Positions 52,230-61,434 of a stretch of 64,000 nucleotides of DNA are shown here, piece after piece. The position numbers were made by a program, and so were the translations under genes. Source of the stretch: an uncultured delta proteobacterium. GTDB taxonomy: Bacteria > Desulfobacterota > Binatia > UBA9968. Under the pieces are notes generated by a model. That model worked only from the letters and a program-made list of their open reading frames with translations. It did no database searches and was not told the DNA's origin. Numbering within the stretch: position 1 is the first letter of the stretch; each line of letters opens with the position of its first letter. The stretch lies in contig CAWDPO010000002.1 of assembly GCA_963804165.1 (NCBI GenBank), positions 160,001 through 224,000 of the forward strand. Reading direction: 5' to 3'.

Positions 52230-53219
52230 TTACCCGGCGTCGCCGCCCCAGCGTTTACAAAGCGTCAGATCGACCACGTCTTCGATTTTGACCTGGGCGG
52301 CCTTGGGGTTGATTCCCAGCTCCGTCATCAACTTCATGATCGAGCGTACGCCGGGAACCGTGGGACAAATGCTGCGCGGCAAGTCTTCCACCAAGTCGGC
52401 GTAGACGCTATCGCCTCTTTCCCGGTCGGAGATTTTGAGATTTTTCATGATCGACTGCAGGACCACGTTCTTGTTTGCCGGAGCCGCGATGAAACGAATC
52501 GCGTCCACCGTGGCCCGGCCCACTCGATCGATCATCACCGGCTCGCTGCGCAACGTCCTGCGCAACACCGTCAAACCGCTCGCCTGAAACGGAATGTTCA
52601 GTTTCGCCATGTCGACCAGTACGGGATACCCTTCCGCGATGGCGGCTTGGGAAATTTCCGGCGCAATCACCGTCGCCTGGGTGGTGCCCGCTTTCACTGC
52701 CGCCAACCGCGCAGGCTCCGGTCCCGTAGCCAAGAGCGTGATATTGTCGCGGCGCGGATTGAGGCCCAAATGCTCCAACGACATGATCGCCGCTAGAGTC
52801 GCCAGCCCCGCCATGCTGGCGCCGATGCCCACTTTCTTGCCTTTCAAGTCTTCCGCACGCTTTATGCTCGGATGAGCGATCAATTGATAACGGACCCTGT
52901 TTTGATTGCCCATGATCATCACCATGTCGCCGCCGGCCGCCGCCGCGTTGACGATATGGGTCGGTCCGATCAGCCCGACCTGCACTTCTCCGGCGAGCAT
53001 GGCCTGCGCCGCTTGGGTGGCGATGATGAAAACCGGCTGCACTTCCACGTTGTGTTTGCGAAAGAAGCCTTGTTCTTTGGCGATCCACGTCGACGTCATG
53101 TAAGCGTTGATCGCGCCGTAGGCGAACAAAGCTTTGGAAACCGATTCAGCGGCGCGGGCCGAGGGTACTCCTGTAAGCATAGCCAGAATCATCACACTTG
53201 AGATGGCTTTAAGCGTCAT
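52230..53219 (-). CDS. ABC-type solute-binding protein, NMT1/SsuA family
   Basis: GFFRKHNVEV, DLKGKKVGI; GGAGGAG RBS before ATG 53219. Confidence 0.88.
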   Translation of the reverse strand: MTLKAISSVMILAMLTGVPSARAAESVSKALFAYGAINAYMTSTWIAKEQGFFRKHNVEVQPVFIIATQAAQAMLAGEVQVGLIGPTHIVNAAAAGGDMVMIMGNQNRVRYQLIAHPSIKRAEDLKGKKVGIGASMAGLATLAAIMSLEHLGLNPRRDNITLLATGPEPARLAAVKAGTTQATVIAPEISQAAIAEGYPVLVDMAKLNIPFQASGLTVLRRTLRSEPVMIDRVGRATVDAIRFIAAPANKNVVLQSIMKNLKISDRERGDSVYADLVEDLPRSICPTVPGVRSIMKLMTELGINPKAAQVKIEDVVDLTLCKRWGGDAG

Positions 53220-53237
53220 TCCGTGACTCCTCCGTCG

Positions 53238-53314
53238 GTTCAAAGTTCAACGTTCCAGGTTCAAGGTAAGAATCAGAAGACCGACGTTGAACGTTTGAAC
53301 CTTGAACTTTGAAC
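53238..53314. repeat. Inverted 7-mer arrays (GTTCAAN)n...(NTTGAAC)n
   Basis: Four units per arm; same family as 35570 and 60228. Confidence 0.85.
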
Positions 53315-53321
53315 GAAATGT

Positions 53322-54437
53322 TCAGCCGATATCATATAGTCGCGCACAATTATCCCACAGAATCTTGCGCCGATTGGTCTCGCTGAGGCCGTTAATTTCG
53401 AGAAATTCGTCGATGGCGCGGGGAAAGTGCGCGTCGATGTGCGGATAATCCGTCGACACGACGAGATTATCGTCGCCGAGACGCTTCACCACGTCGGTGA
53501 CCAGATATTCGTCAGGGTCCACCGAAATAAAGCACTGCTGGAGAAAATAGTCACTCGGCTTGCGTGACAGCGGCACATCGGCCAATGGGCCGTGCAGCTC
53601 GGCCCGCTCGTCGAGCCGATAGAGGAGCCAGGGCAGCCAGGCGCAGTTGCCTTCGAGAAACGCGACGCGCAGCTTGGGAAATTTTTCCAAAACGCCGCCG
53701 GCGCAAAAGCTCGACACCGCCTGAATCAGTTCCATGGGATTGCGCAACGCCAGGGCGACGATGTTGGCGTTGGGATGGCCGAAAAATTTGTTCGCCACCT
53801 GGTCCTGCTTGGGCCGCGCCGGTGGATGAAAACACAGGGCGACGCCAAGCTTTTCGATTTCCGTCCACAGCGGATCGAAGTAGCGGTCGTGAATGCGCCT
53901 GCCGTTAATCGGTTCCGGGCAGAGCGACAATGCGCGAATGCCGAGTTCGGTCGCGACGCGACGCACCTCATCGACCGCAAGGTCGATGTCGTGCAACGTA
54001 ATCAGCGCCGATGCCTTGAGTCGCTTCGGATTCTCTTTGCAGAAATCCGCGATCCAGTCGTTCCACGCTTTGCAGAGATCGTTGGCGTACTCCGCCTCGA
54101 GGGTTTCGTCGCAGTGGAGCGGCGAGGTGCGAAACAAAACCGCCACGTCCAAGCCTTCCCGGTCCATGGCCTCCACCTGAGAAACTGCGTCGTAATCGCG
54201 CGCAACTGCGAAGTCGTAGCGATCCGCCACCTGTTTCTGGCCGTGATCGATGACGTCCGTGATTCCGCGCAGCGTCTCTCTGCCGCCGCCGATGGAGAAC
54301 TCCACCCGGCCGTGCTTGCCGTTTCGTTGGCCCCGCGGGATCCGCTCGCCCCACTTGGGATTCATGTACTTCTCGTAGAGATCAGCCGCGTCGTAGACGT
54401 GCATATCGCTATCGAAAGCACGAAAACCATTCTTCAT
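53322..54437 (-). CDS. Amidohydrolase family protein (Amidohydro_2)
   Basis: FDSDMH, FPKLRVAFLE, STDYPHID, ILWDNCARLY. Confidence 0.92.
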   Translation of the reverse strand: MKNGFRAFDSDMHVYDAADLYEKYMNPKWGERIPRGQRNGKHGRVEFSIGGGRETLRGITDVIDHGQKQVADRYDFAVARDYDAVSQVEAMDREGLDVAVLFRTSPLHCDETLEAEYANDLCKAWNDWIADFCKENPKRLKASALITLHDIDLAVDEVRRVATELGIRALSLCPEPINGRRIHDRYFDPLWTEIEKLGVALCFHPPARPKQDQVANKFFGHPNANIVALALRNPMELIQAVSSFCAGGVLEKFPKLRVAFLEGNCAWLPWLLYRLDERAELHGPLADVPLSRKPSDYFLQQCFISVDPDEYLVTDVVKRLGDDNLVVSTDYPHIDAHFPRAIDEFLEINGLSETNRRKILWDNCARLYDIG

Positions 54438-54502
54438 AGACTCCTCCGGAAAACCTCGCGCGTATCAATTCCTATTTGCCGCGAGCTGTCACCTTAGCGC
54501 CG

Positions 54503-54575
54503 AATTGGAGTAATGGAGTGTTGGAGTACTGCGCTTTCCGAAGCCCCATCACTCCATTACTCCAGCACTCCAATT
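54503..54575. repeat. Inverted 8-mer arrays (TGGAGTRN)3...(NYACTCCA)3 with no enclosed gene
   Basis: Same unit and arm orientation as the arrays flanking the four-helix-bundle gene at 17401-17829. Confidence 0.85.
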
Positions 54576-55529
54576 CTATCTCCTTATCCCCAGCTCCTTC
54601 TGGACTTCCTTTATGATGTTGAAGTCGGCAACTTCCGAATTCGCCACCGGCCGTTCGATCTTCATCGCTTCCCGGCCCTGATCGACGACCAGCTTTAAAC
54701 CGCTTTCCGAGATGCCGCCGTCTTCGCTGAAGATTTTCCACGTCGAATCGTACGTCGCCGCTGCGCTCTCACGGTCAACCTTGACCCAATCCATCAGGGT
54801 TTGAATCGTCCCTTCGCGATTGGACCGCACGAAGCGATTGGCCCGTAGCATAGCTTTGACCATGCGTTTCACTTCATCCGGCTTTTCCTTGAGTTTTTTT
54901 AGGTTAGTACCGACTCCGGTAAAAGGCATTTTGAAATGTTCATGGAACCGCGACAGCACGCGATAGCCGCTACGAAGCGCATCGCTGTCCGTCGGCGGCG
55001 ATAGTACAGCAACATCGACGATGCCTTCCTTCAACGCCGCATAGCGCCCTCGCTCGGCGCCCAGCTGAACAATTTTTAGTTCTTTTTCCGGATCGACTCC
55101 GCCTTGTTTCATCATCATGCGCGCCGCGACGTCGGAAGTCGCACCATAATTGCTCACTGCAAGCGTTTTGCCTTTCAAATCGCGAATTGTTTTGTACTCC
55201 GGCCGGGCAATGAGAAGATGCGTCGAGCTGTCCATAAAGCTGGCCACCACTTTCATCGGCAGTCCGCGCAAAGCGCCACGCACCACCGAGGCGAACACCA
55301 TCGTGTAGTCGATGTCACCGGTGCTGAGCGCCGTAACCGACACGTTGGCGTTCATGCGGATCAACTCAACCTCCAAACCTTCGTCGCGAAACATACCGCG
55401 CTTGACCGCCAGACCGCTGGTCAGAAACGACACGTCGATCGCCGATATCGACATCCGAACCTTGTCGGCAGCCTCGGCCGTGCTCGTCGCAATGACTAAC
55501 GCTAGACATAAAATCGCTAAATGTTTCAT
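54576..55529 (-). CDS. ABC-type solute-binding protein, NMT1/SsuA family
   Basis: ADKVRMS, FRDEGLEVE, DLKGKTLAVS, EKPDEVKR. Confidence 0.88.
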   Translation of the reverse strand: MKHLAILCLALVIATSTAEAADKVRMSISAIDVSFLTSGLAVKRGMFRDEGLEVELIRMNANVSVTALSTGDIDYTMVFASVVRGALRGLPMKVVASFMDSSTHLLIARPEYKTIRDLKGKTLAVSNYGATSDVAARMMMKQGGVDPEKELKIVQLGAERGRYAALKEGIVDVAVLSPPTDSDALRSGYRVLSRFHEHFKMPFTGVGTNLKKLKEKPDEVKRMVKAMLRANRFVRSNREGTIQTLMDWVKVDRESAAATYDSTWKIFSEDGGISESGLKLVVDQGREAMKIERPVANSEVADFNIIKEVQKELGIRR

Positions 55530-55542
55530 CAAAACCCCTTTC

Positions 55543-55592
55543 CTCTCACACCTCACCCACCACCCTTCATGCCTCACGTGCTCGTCCCTTCA
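55543..55592. repeat. Degenerate 7-mer tandem (CCTCACN)
   Basis: TCTCACA CCTCACC CACCACC CTTCATG CCTCACG. Confidence 0.5.
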
Positions 55593-57179
55593 TGCCTTCA
55601 CCCGGCGCCCTTTCGCCTTATCGCCGGTGACGAAATGTTCTCCGCGCACCGCCAGCGCCGCTTCTTCCTCATCTTCCGGTGTCCACGCGCCCAGGCTGTA
55701 GCCGTGCCACGGTTTTTTCGGCGTCAGCTCCGGCAGACCTAACTCCTCCCAAATCTCCTTGGCATTTTCCATGAACTCTTTGCGCGGTAGAGACACGGGC
55801 GGGTAAGGCCAAGGCCGGGTTGCGTTGATCAATAGCGCCGAAGTCGACGACACACGGCTGACATGAGTCGGCACGCCCGGCGGATAGGCGGACGGATCGA
55901 GGCCTGGGGATTTCCCATGCGCGATGGCAACGTCCTTTTCCGGCCGCACGTTATAACAAATCGCCCAGTTGATCATCGCCGGATCCCAAATATCGACGTC
56001 GTCATCCACGGCCACGCAGATCTTGGCGTAGCTGCCGACAAAACCCGCGCTGGCATTGAGCGCGCGCCACGCGTCCGCGTCGGTGGGATTTTTCATCTTG
56101 ATCACGCAATACGCCTGGCCGCTGCCGCTCACCTCGTCGTGAATCGCCACGTCGGTCACCGCCGAGTTGCCGCTGTCGACGCGAAGAAACTTGTAGATCA
56201 CCTTTTCCGTGCCGGTGTGCTTGATCTTGCTCGACTCGCTCGGCGGAAACTGGCTCATCAGCGCCGTGTAGATTGCATCGCGCCGGTGCGTGATGCAAGT
56301 AACGTCCATAAACGGCGCAACACCGCGTTGCCCCATGTAGCCCGGGTATTCTCCGAACGGTCCTTCGGGCTCGATCCACTCCGTCGAAATCTTTCCCTCG
56401 ATGATGATCTCCGCCGTCGCCGGAACCAGCAAATCGACCGTCTTGCATTGAATCACGGGGATCGGCTCGCCGGCGAGTCCGCCCGCCAGCCGATACTCGT
56501 CGAAATCGTACGGTAACTTGGCTGTAGCGGCGTAAGCGATCGCCGGCACCACGCCGATGACAATGGCCGCTTCGAGCGGAATGCCTTTGGCCTTGCATTT
56601 CTGCCAGTGCGTTCCCATGTGCTGACCGAGAAACAGTCCGCCGTTTCGGTTCGGCGCTTTGATCTGACTCCGGTAGTTGCCGATGTTGTAGGTACCGGAT
56701 TCCGGATCTTTGGTGACCCAGTTGGCCGACGTGAGATACGGCGCGTTGTCGAAGCCCGGCGTCGATATCGGCACCGGCAACATGTCGAGCCCGTGGCCGT
56801 TCAAGAGATCATCGCCCTGCCAAATCACTTCTTGTGCCGGACCGGCGCCGACCTTTGCGGGCTCCAGTGGACGCATTTGCGCGTTGGTCCAGCGTTCGTG
56901 GATCTGCTCCGCTTCGCATTTTAGACCGAGAGCATAAATTTCCGTCGAGGCCGCCAGCGTGCCCACGGTCACGGGCATCGTGTACCTTTTCCCCTTCACG
57001 TCGATCACATTCTCAAACAGAAATGCCTTGCGCTTTTTCTCCTCCAGACCGCGGAACTGCCAACGCACCAGCGGCATCAGCTGCGTGTCTTTGTTGATTT
57101 GCTTCTTGATACGAAAGAGTTTATCCCGCTCTTCGAGCGCCTTTAGGTGCTCGCGCACGTCTTTGTAGTAACTCGTCAT
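55590..57179 (-). CDS. UbiD-family decarboxylase
   Basis: NIGNYR, PATAEIIIEG, EGPFGEYPGY, VDDDVD, INATRP. Confidence 0.92.
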   Translation of the reverse strand: MTSYYKDVREHLKALEERDKLFRIKKQINKDTQLMPLVRWQFRGLEEKKRKAFLFENVIDVKGKRYTMPVTVGTLAASTEIYALGLKCEAEQIHERWTNAQMRPLEPAKVGAGPAQEVIWQGDDLLNGHGLDMLPVPISTPGFDNAPYLTSANWVTKDPESGTYNIGNYRSQIKAPNRNGGLFLGQHMGTHWQKCKAKGIPLEAAIVIGVVPAIAYAATAKLPYDFDEYRLAGGLAGEPIPVIQCKTVDLLVPATAEIIIEGKISTEWIEPEGPFGEYPGYMGQRGVAPFMDVTCITHRRDAIYTALMSQFPPSESSKIKHTGTEKVIYKFLRVDSGNSAVTDVAIHDEVSGSGQAYCVIKMKNPTDADAWRALNASAGFVGSYAKICVAVDDDVDIWDPAMINWAICYNVRPEKDVAIAHGKSPGLDPSAYPPGVPTHVSRVSSTSALLINATRPWPYPPVSLPRKEFMENAKEIWEELGLPELTPKKPWHGYSLGAWTPEDEEEAALAVRGEHFVTGDKAKGRRVKA

Positions 57180-57208
57180 GACGATCTCCCTTTGAATTGA
57201 ACGGGATA

Positions 57209-57414
57209 CTAGTGTCCTGTCTCAGAAGTTCGCGACATAAATCTCGCGTCATTCCGTCGGAAAATCTCCCCTTCCCCTCTTTGGCAAAGAGGGGTGAGAA
57301 TCGCACGGAGAAAATTCCCCCTTTGAAAAAGGGGGACAAAGGGGGATTTGAGTTCAACTTCAGTGGCTGCCATCGTTTGGACTTTTTAAACGAACTTCTG
57401 AGACGCCACACTAG
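57209..57414. mobile_element. MITE (206 bp), 24-bp imperfect terminal inverted repeats, CTAG at both ends
   Basis: CTAGTGTCCTGTCTCAGAAGTTCG...CGAACTTCTGAGACGCCACACTAG; near-identical copy at 63554-63756. Confidence 0.88.
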
Positions 57415-57644
57415 CCCAAAGACTCAGAAGTGAAAAGAATCACGGGAAGATCAACGAATCGAGATTCGTCTTTTGAGTCCAGTAAACCTTTTGAATATCG
57501 GCATAATTAGGGATTGGCTCGTACACCACTGTCATTTTCAACCGAAGGGAGATCTTTCCCAGTTCGTTCGTAATGACAAGCATATGAGGTAAAGAACGGT
57601 AGGAGCCGCGGCAACCTAACGCGCTCTGACGTCGACAATTTTCT

Positions 57645-57680
57645 TCTTGAACTGTTTGAACGTTTTGAACGACTTGAACT
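57645..57680. repeat. 9-mer tandem TTGAACNNN, four units
   Basis: TTGAACTGT TTGAACGTT TTGAACGAC TTGAACT. Confidence 0.65.
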
Positions 57681-57690
57681 CCTCAATCTT

Positions 57691-58652
57691 CTAAAGATCA
57701 ACGTATTCGGCGCGAATAGCTCTTCCAGCGGCATCTTCCTATCCGCAAGTCCCTGCTCATAGAGATAGCCCGCCAGCGTTTCCACCACGTGGCGATTCTT
57801 TTCCAGACCATACGGCCACGGATCGTCGCCGAGGATTTGTTGCTGTTCCTCCACCGGCCCGCGGAACCACGCCAGACTGATCTTATACGGCGACAAATCC
57901 TTCAGCCTCGCGTAGGCGTCTTCCTTGGCGCGCTGGAATGCCTTGAACATGCTGCGCGCGATCCAGGGATGCTCTTCCCACACATCTTGCCGCAGCGCGA
58001 CCGAGTGCATGATCGGGAAGATGCCGGTCTTCTTGTAATAATCCGCTTCGACTTTCGGCGCGTCCTGGAACAAACGGCGTATATGTGGCGGCGGATCGAA
58101 CAGTGACGGAAACAGACTGGGAACCATGATCGCGTCCAGCTCGCCGTCAAAAAACATCTGATCGGGCTTTCGATCCGGCGTGATTTGCTTGACCGTGTAG
58201 CGTTTTGGTAGCTCCATGGCCATCCGCGGGTGCGGCGTCCAAAGATGCCACTCGATATCCTCCAGCTTCACGCCGTATTCGTGCTGCAGCATGCCGCGCA
58301 TCCACACCGTCGCCGTTTGTTGAAACTCGCCCAAACCGACGCGCTTCCCCATCAGGTCTTTAGGCTCGCGGATACCGCTCTTGGTGTTGATGAAAATGTA
58401 GGAATGGCGAAAAGCCCGCGCGGGAAAGACCGGAATCGCCGTGAGCGGCTTGCCCATATTCTTTGACGTAATGTACGACGATAGGGAAATCTCCGATGCA
58501 TCGAAATCGTAGTAGTTCAGCATCCGCGTCCAGATTTCCAGATGCGGCAGCACGAGCCAGTTGAGCTCGATGCCCTCCGGCTTGATGGAGCCATCGATCA
58601 GGGGATGCGTTCGATCATAGTCGCCGCAGGCGATGGTGAGTTGAAGTGACAT
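57691..58652 (-). CDS. 4,5-dihydroxyphthalate decarboxylase-like protein (periplasmic-binding-protein fold)
   Basis: LTIACGDYDRT, FDASEISLSSY, IPVFPARAFRHS, TGIFPIMH, DPWPYG; true end likely near 57691 (indel in last codons). Confidence 0.82.
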
Positions 58653-58703
58653 TGGTGTCTCCTACTCTCAGCTACTTTCTTGACCTAAGTCCCTCTCCTA
58701 ATC

Positions 58704-58772
58704 CGTCATTCCCGTGAAAACGGGAATCTAGCGCTATTCCGAACCTGGACTCCCGCCTCCGCGGGAGTGACG
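58704..58772. repeat. GTCAT-type REP-like palindrome pair
   Basis: CGTCATTCCCGTGAAAACGGGAATCTAG...CTGGACTCCCGCCTCCGCGGGAGTGACG. Confidence 0.78.
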
Positions 58773-58804
58773 ATCGTTAGAGCGGCACGCGGCCAATGAA
58801 ATAC

Positions 58805-60208
58805 CTAGGACAGTTGCTCTCCCCACTTTCCCAGAATCCTCTCGCGCAGTTCTTTGCTCGAACGCGACACCTGCGGGAAGGTATCCTTCCACTCGTAGGG
58901 CCGAGTGGCGTCGATGATAGCTCGCGAGTTGAAACCCTTTTTGTCTTTATGAATGATCGGATCCAACGGTCCGCTCCAACAGCGGCGCAGGATCTCGATA
59001 TCGACCGAAGGATCGGAGCGTGTGCACACCGCCCACAAAACTTCGTTCAAGTTGGTCGGATCGATATCATCGTCGACCACGATCGTATAACGGCCCAAAT
59101 AAGCGGCCGCGTGACATTCCGTCGCGACCAATCCGGCTTGGCGCGCGTGTCCCGGATAGCGCTGTTTAATCGCCACGACCAAAAACAAATACGCCGCGCC
59201 CGCCGCCTCGTGATACCACACGCCGCGCACGTCCGGTACGCCGGCACCATCCAAATCGTCCCACACCAGCGCAGCCTTGAGCGGCGCCCGCCACTTGCGC
59301 GTGTAGCCGAGCAGGATCGGATCATTGCGATGCATGACATTGTGAATTTTTACAATCGGTTCCGGCCGTGACGAGCTGCCGTAATATCCCGTCCATTCGC
59401 CGAATGGCCCTTCGATTTTTTCGGGCCCCGGCACGCACTCGCCTTCCAAGACGATTTCCGCGGTCGCGGGAATCGGCAGTCCGGTGAATTCGCCGCGAAT
59501 CACATCCACCGGCTCGCCCTGAATGCCGCCGATGAAATCGTACTCGCAAACTCCGTAAGGAACCTCGAGCGCGCCAGCGAGAAAGATCAACGGATCGTGC
59601 CCGACGGAGATCGCGACCTTGAACGGCTCCCCACGGGCAAACGCTTTGTCGCGATGGATCCGGCCGTGACGTCCCGGCGCAATATAAAATCCCACGGTAT
59701 TTTCGTCGTGAATCATGACACGTGCCGTACCCAGGTTGGTCCAGCCTTCTTCGGGATCGTGCGTAATATTCACACTGCCGGTGCCGATATATCTGCCGCC
59801 GTCGAGCTCGAACCAGCGTGGTGTCGGGAACCCCAGGATGTTCACATCTTTACCGCGCTGAATATTCTCCAGCACCGGCCCGTCGCGCACCACGCGAGGC
59901 GGGATATGCTTCAAATCCTTCGATCGCCGGCGCCACTCGGAGACGAATTCCATGGAGCTGAGGTTTTGCGCCATCCCGAGACTCAAGCCGAGCCGCCTAG
60001 TCGAGCCCAGCGAGTTGACCAGAACGCGATAACCCTTGGGATAGCCTTTCACGGAGTCGAACAGCACCGCCGGGGAGCTGCCGCGTTCGTTGACGATATC
60101 CGCAACCCCGCCGATTTCTAAGTCCCAATCCGCCCCTTCTATGGTTCTGATCTCGCCCAATGCGTCGGCTTGTTCAAGCCAGCTTCTCATACCGTCTGGT
60201 TGTTTCAT
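58805..60208 (-). CDS. UbiD-family decarboxylase
   Basis: DGGRYIGT, NLGTAR, EGPFGEWTGYY, VDDDIDP, IDATRP. Confidence 0.93.
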   Translation of the reverse strand: MKQPDGMRSWLEQADALGEIRTIEGADWDLEIGGVADIVNERGSSPAVLFDSVKGYPKGYRVLVNSLGSTRRLGLSLGMAQNLSSMEFVSEWRRRSKDLKHIPPRVVRDGPVLENIQRGKDVNILGFPTPRWFELDGGRYIGTGSVNITHDPEEGWTNLGTARVMIHDENTVGFYIAPGRHGRIHRDKAFARGEPFKVAISVGHDPLIFLAGALEVPYGVCEYDFIGGIQGEPVDVIRGEFTGLPIPATAEIVLEGECVPGPEKIEGPFGEWTGYYGSSSRPEPIVKIHNVMHRNDPILLGYTRKWRAPLKAALVWDDLDGAGVPDVRGVWYHEAAGAAYLFLVVAIKQRYPGHARQAGLVATECHAAAYLGRYTIVVDDDIDPTNLNEVLWAVCTRSDPSVDIEILRRCWSGPLDPIIHKDKKGFNSRAIIDATRPYEWKDTFPQVSRSSKELRERILGKWGEQLS

Positions 60209-60227
60209 GCTTTCACCCTGTGAACCC

Positions 60228-60321
60228 GTTCAATGTTCCATGTTCAAGGTTCAACGTCGAAATACGAAGCACATTCGGCATTGCCGAAAGAACATTGAAC
60301 ATTGAACCTTGAACTTTGAAC
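60228..60321. repeat. Inverted 7-mer arrays (GTTCAAN)n...(NTTGAAC)n
   Basis: Four units per arm. Confidence 0.85.
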
Positions 60322-60328
60322 GATCTAT

Positions 60329-61279
60329 TCAGAATCCCTTCTGCACTTCGTGCAGCAGCCGCAAGTCGAGCACCCGGGAAAGCGGCGTTTCTTCCTTGAG
60401 CGCCAGGCGCTCGGTTTCGCGCTTCAGCGCATCGCGAATACCTTTTTCATCCATGCCGCCCTCCTTGGAAAAAGCGGGGAGCATCGACTTGTAAAGCTCA
60501 TCGGCCAACGCCGTATCCACGCCCCACTCCTTGGCGATGAATTGCATCGACTCAGCGGGCCGTTGCTGAATAAACCGCAGGCTCTTGATGGTCGCGGTTA
60601 GAATTCGTTTTACCAGATCGGGCCGTTCGCGAATCATCTTGTCCGAAGTGCCGACTCCGGAAAGCGATTGCTCCACGTAATCACCAAAATACGACAAGGT
60701 GCGATAGCCCATTTGTTTTGCCATGGCGTTAAACGGCGGTGACAAGACTCCAGCGTCGACGGTGCCGGCTTTCATCGCCGTGAGAATATTTGCCGTCGTA
60801 CCGGTCCCGAGCAACGCTACATCGCGATCCGGCGTCAGACCATTTTTGCTCAGGAGAAAACGCGCGAGAGTGTCCGTGGAAGAACCGATCGCGGTGATCC
60901 CGATAACTTTCTTTTTCAGCTCGGCCATCGACTTGATCTCGGGTTTCGCCATCAGCCAGAAAGAAGGCTTGATCGTGAGAAATCCGACGACTTTCACCGC
61001 CAACCCACGCGCCGCACCGGCCATCACCTGGGATTGCGCGCCGGAAAAATCGATGTCGCCGGTGGTCAGCGCGGCGACTTGGATCGTTGACGCGACCAGC
61101 ACCATCTGCAGATCGATGCCCTCGGCCTGAAAGATTCCTTTGTCGCGTCCCATCGTGATCGGTAAATAATTCAAGCTTTTCGCGGGATAGGCAAAGCGGA
61201 CTCGATCGGCGGCGAGACTTTGCGACGGATTATTGATCAATGCAAGCAGCAGACTAAAAGCTACAACAAGAATTTTCAC
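60329..61279 (-). CDS. ABC-type solute-binding protein, NMT1/SsuA family
   Basis: GIFQAEGIDL, IGITAIGSSTD, PDRDVALL. Confidence 0.88.
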   Translation of the reverse strand: MKILVVAFSLLLALINNPSQSLAADRVRFAYPAKSLNYLPITMGRDKGIFQAEGIDLQMVLVASTIQVAALTTGDIDFSGAQSQVMAGAARGLAVKVVGFLTIKPSFWLMAKPEIKSMAELKKKVIGITAIGSSTDTLARFLLSKNGLTPDRDVALLGTGTTANILTAMKAGTVDAGVLSPPFNAMAKQMGYRTLSYFGDYVEQSLSGVGTSDKMIRERPDLVKRILTATIKSLRFIQQRPAESMQFIAKEWGVDTALADELYKSMLPAFSKEGGMDEKGIRDALKRETERLALKEETPLSRVLDLRLLHEVQKGF

Positions 61280-61311
61280 CGTGAAACCTCATTGCCCCTC
61301 CCCGCTCCGAA

Positions 61312-61410
61312 ACCCCTCTTTAGCAAAGAGGGGCAAGGGGAGATTTTCTTCCAGCAGGTCGTTCGCCAACGAATAAAATCCCCCTCTGTCCCCCTTTGAA
61401 AAAAGGGGGA
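61312..61410. repeat. Free CCCCTCTTT/AAAGAGGGG double palindrome (MITE internal cargo without terminal repeats)
   Basis: CCCCTCTTTAGCAAAGAGGGGCAAGGGGAGATTT...CCCCCTTTGAAAAAAGGGGG. Confidence 0.75.
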
Positions 61411-61434
61411 TATTGGATCTCGAACGGCGCGTGG

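Noticed and set aside
16781-55592. Selenocysteine readthrough at other TGA stops (e.g. 16781, 17929, 28959, 35567, 55590)
   Set aside because: These fall at natural protein ends, with no Cys-motif context or downstream domain in frame.
57121-57433. Small ORFs with PLFAKEG/PPLKKG peptides (also 47736..48021 and the N-terminus of 63121..63765)
   Set aside because: Translations of the MITE palindromes, not independent genes.
57507-57690. C-terminal extension of the decarboxylase-like protein
   Set aside because: Runs through a tandem repeat; better explained by a 1-bp deletion just before the natural stop near 57691.
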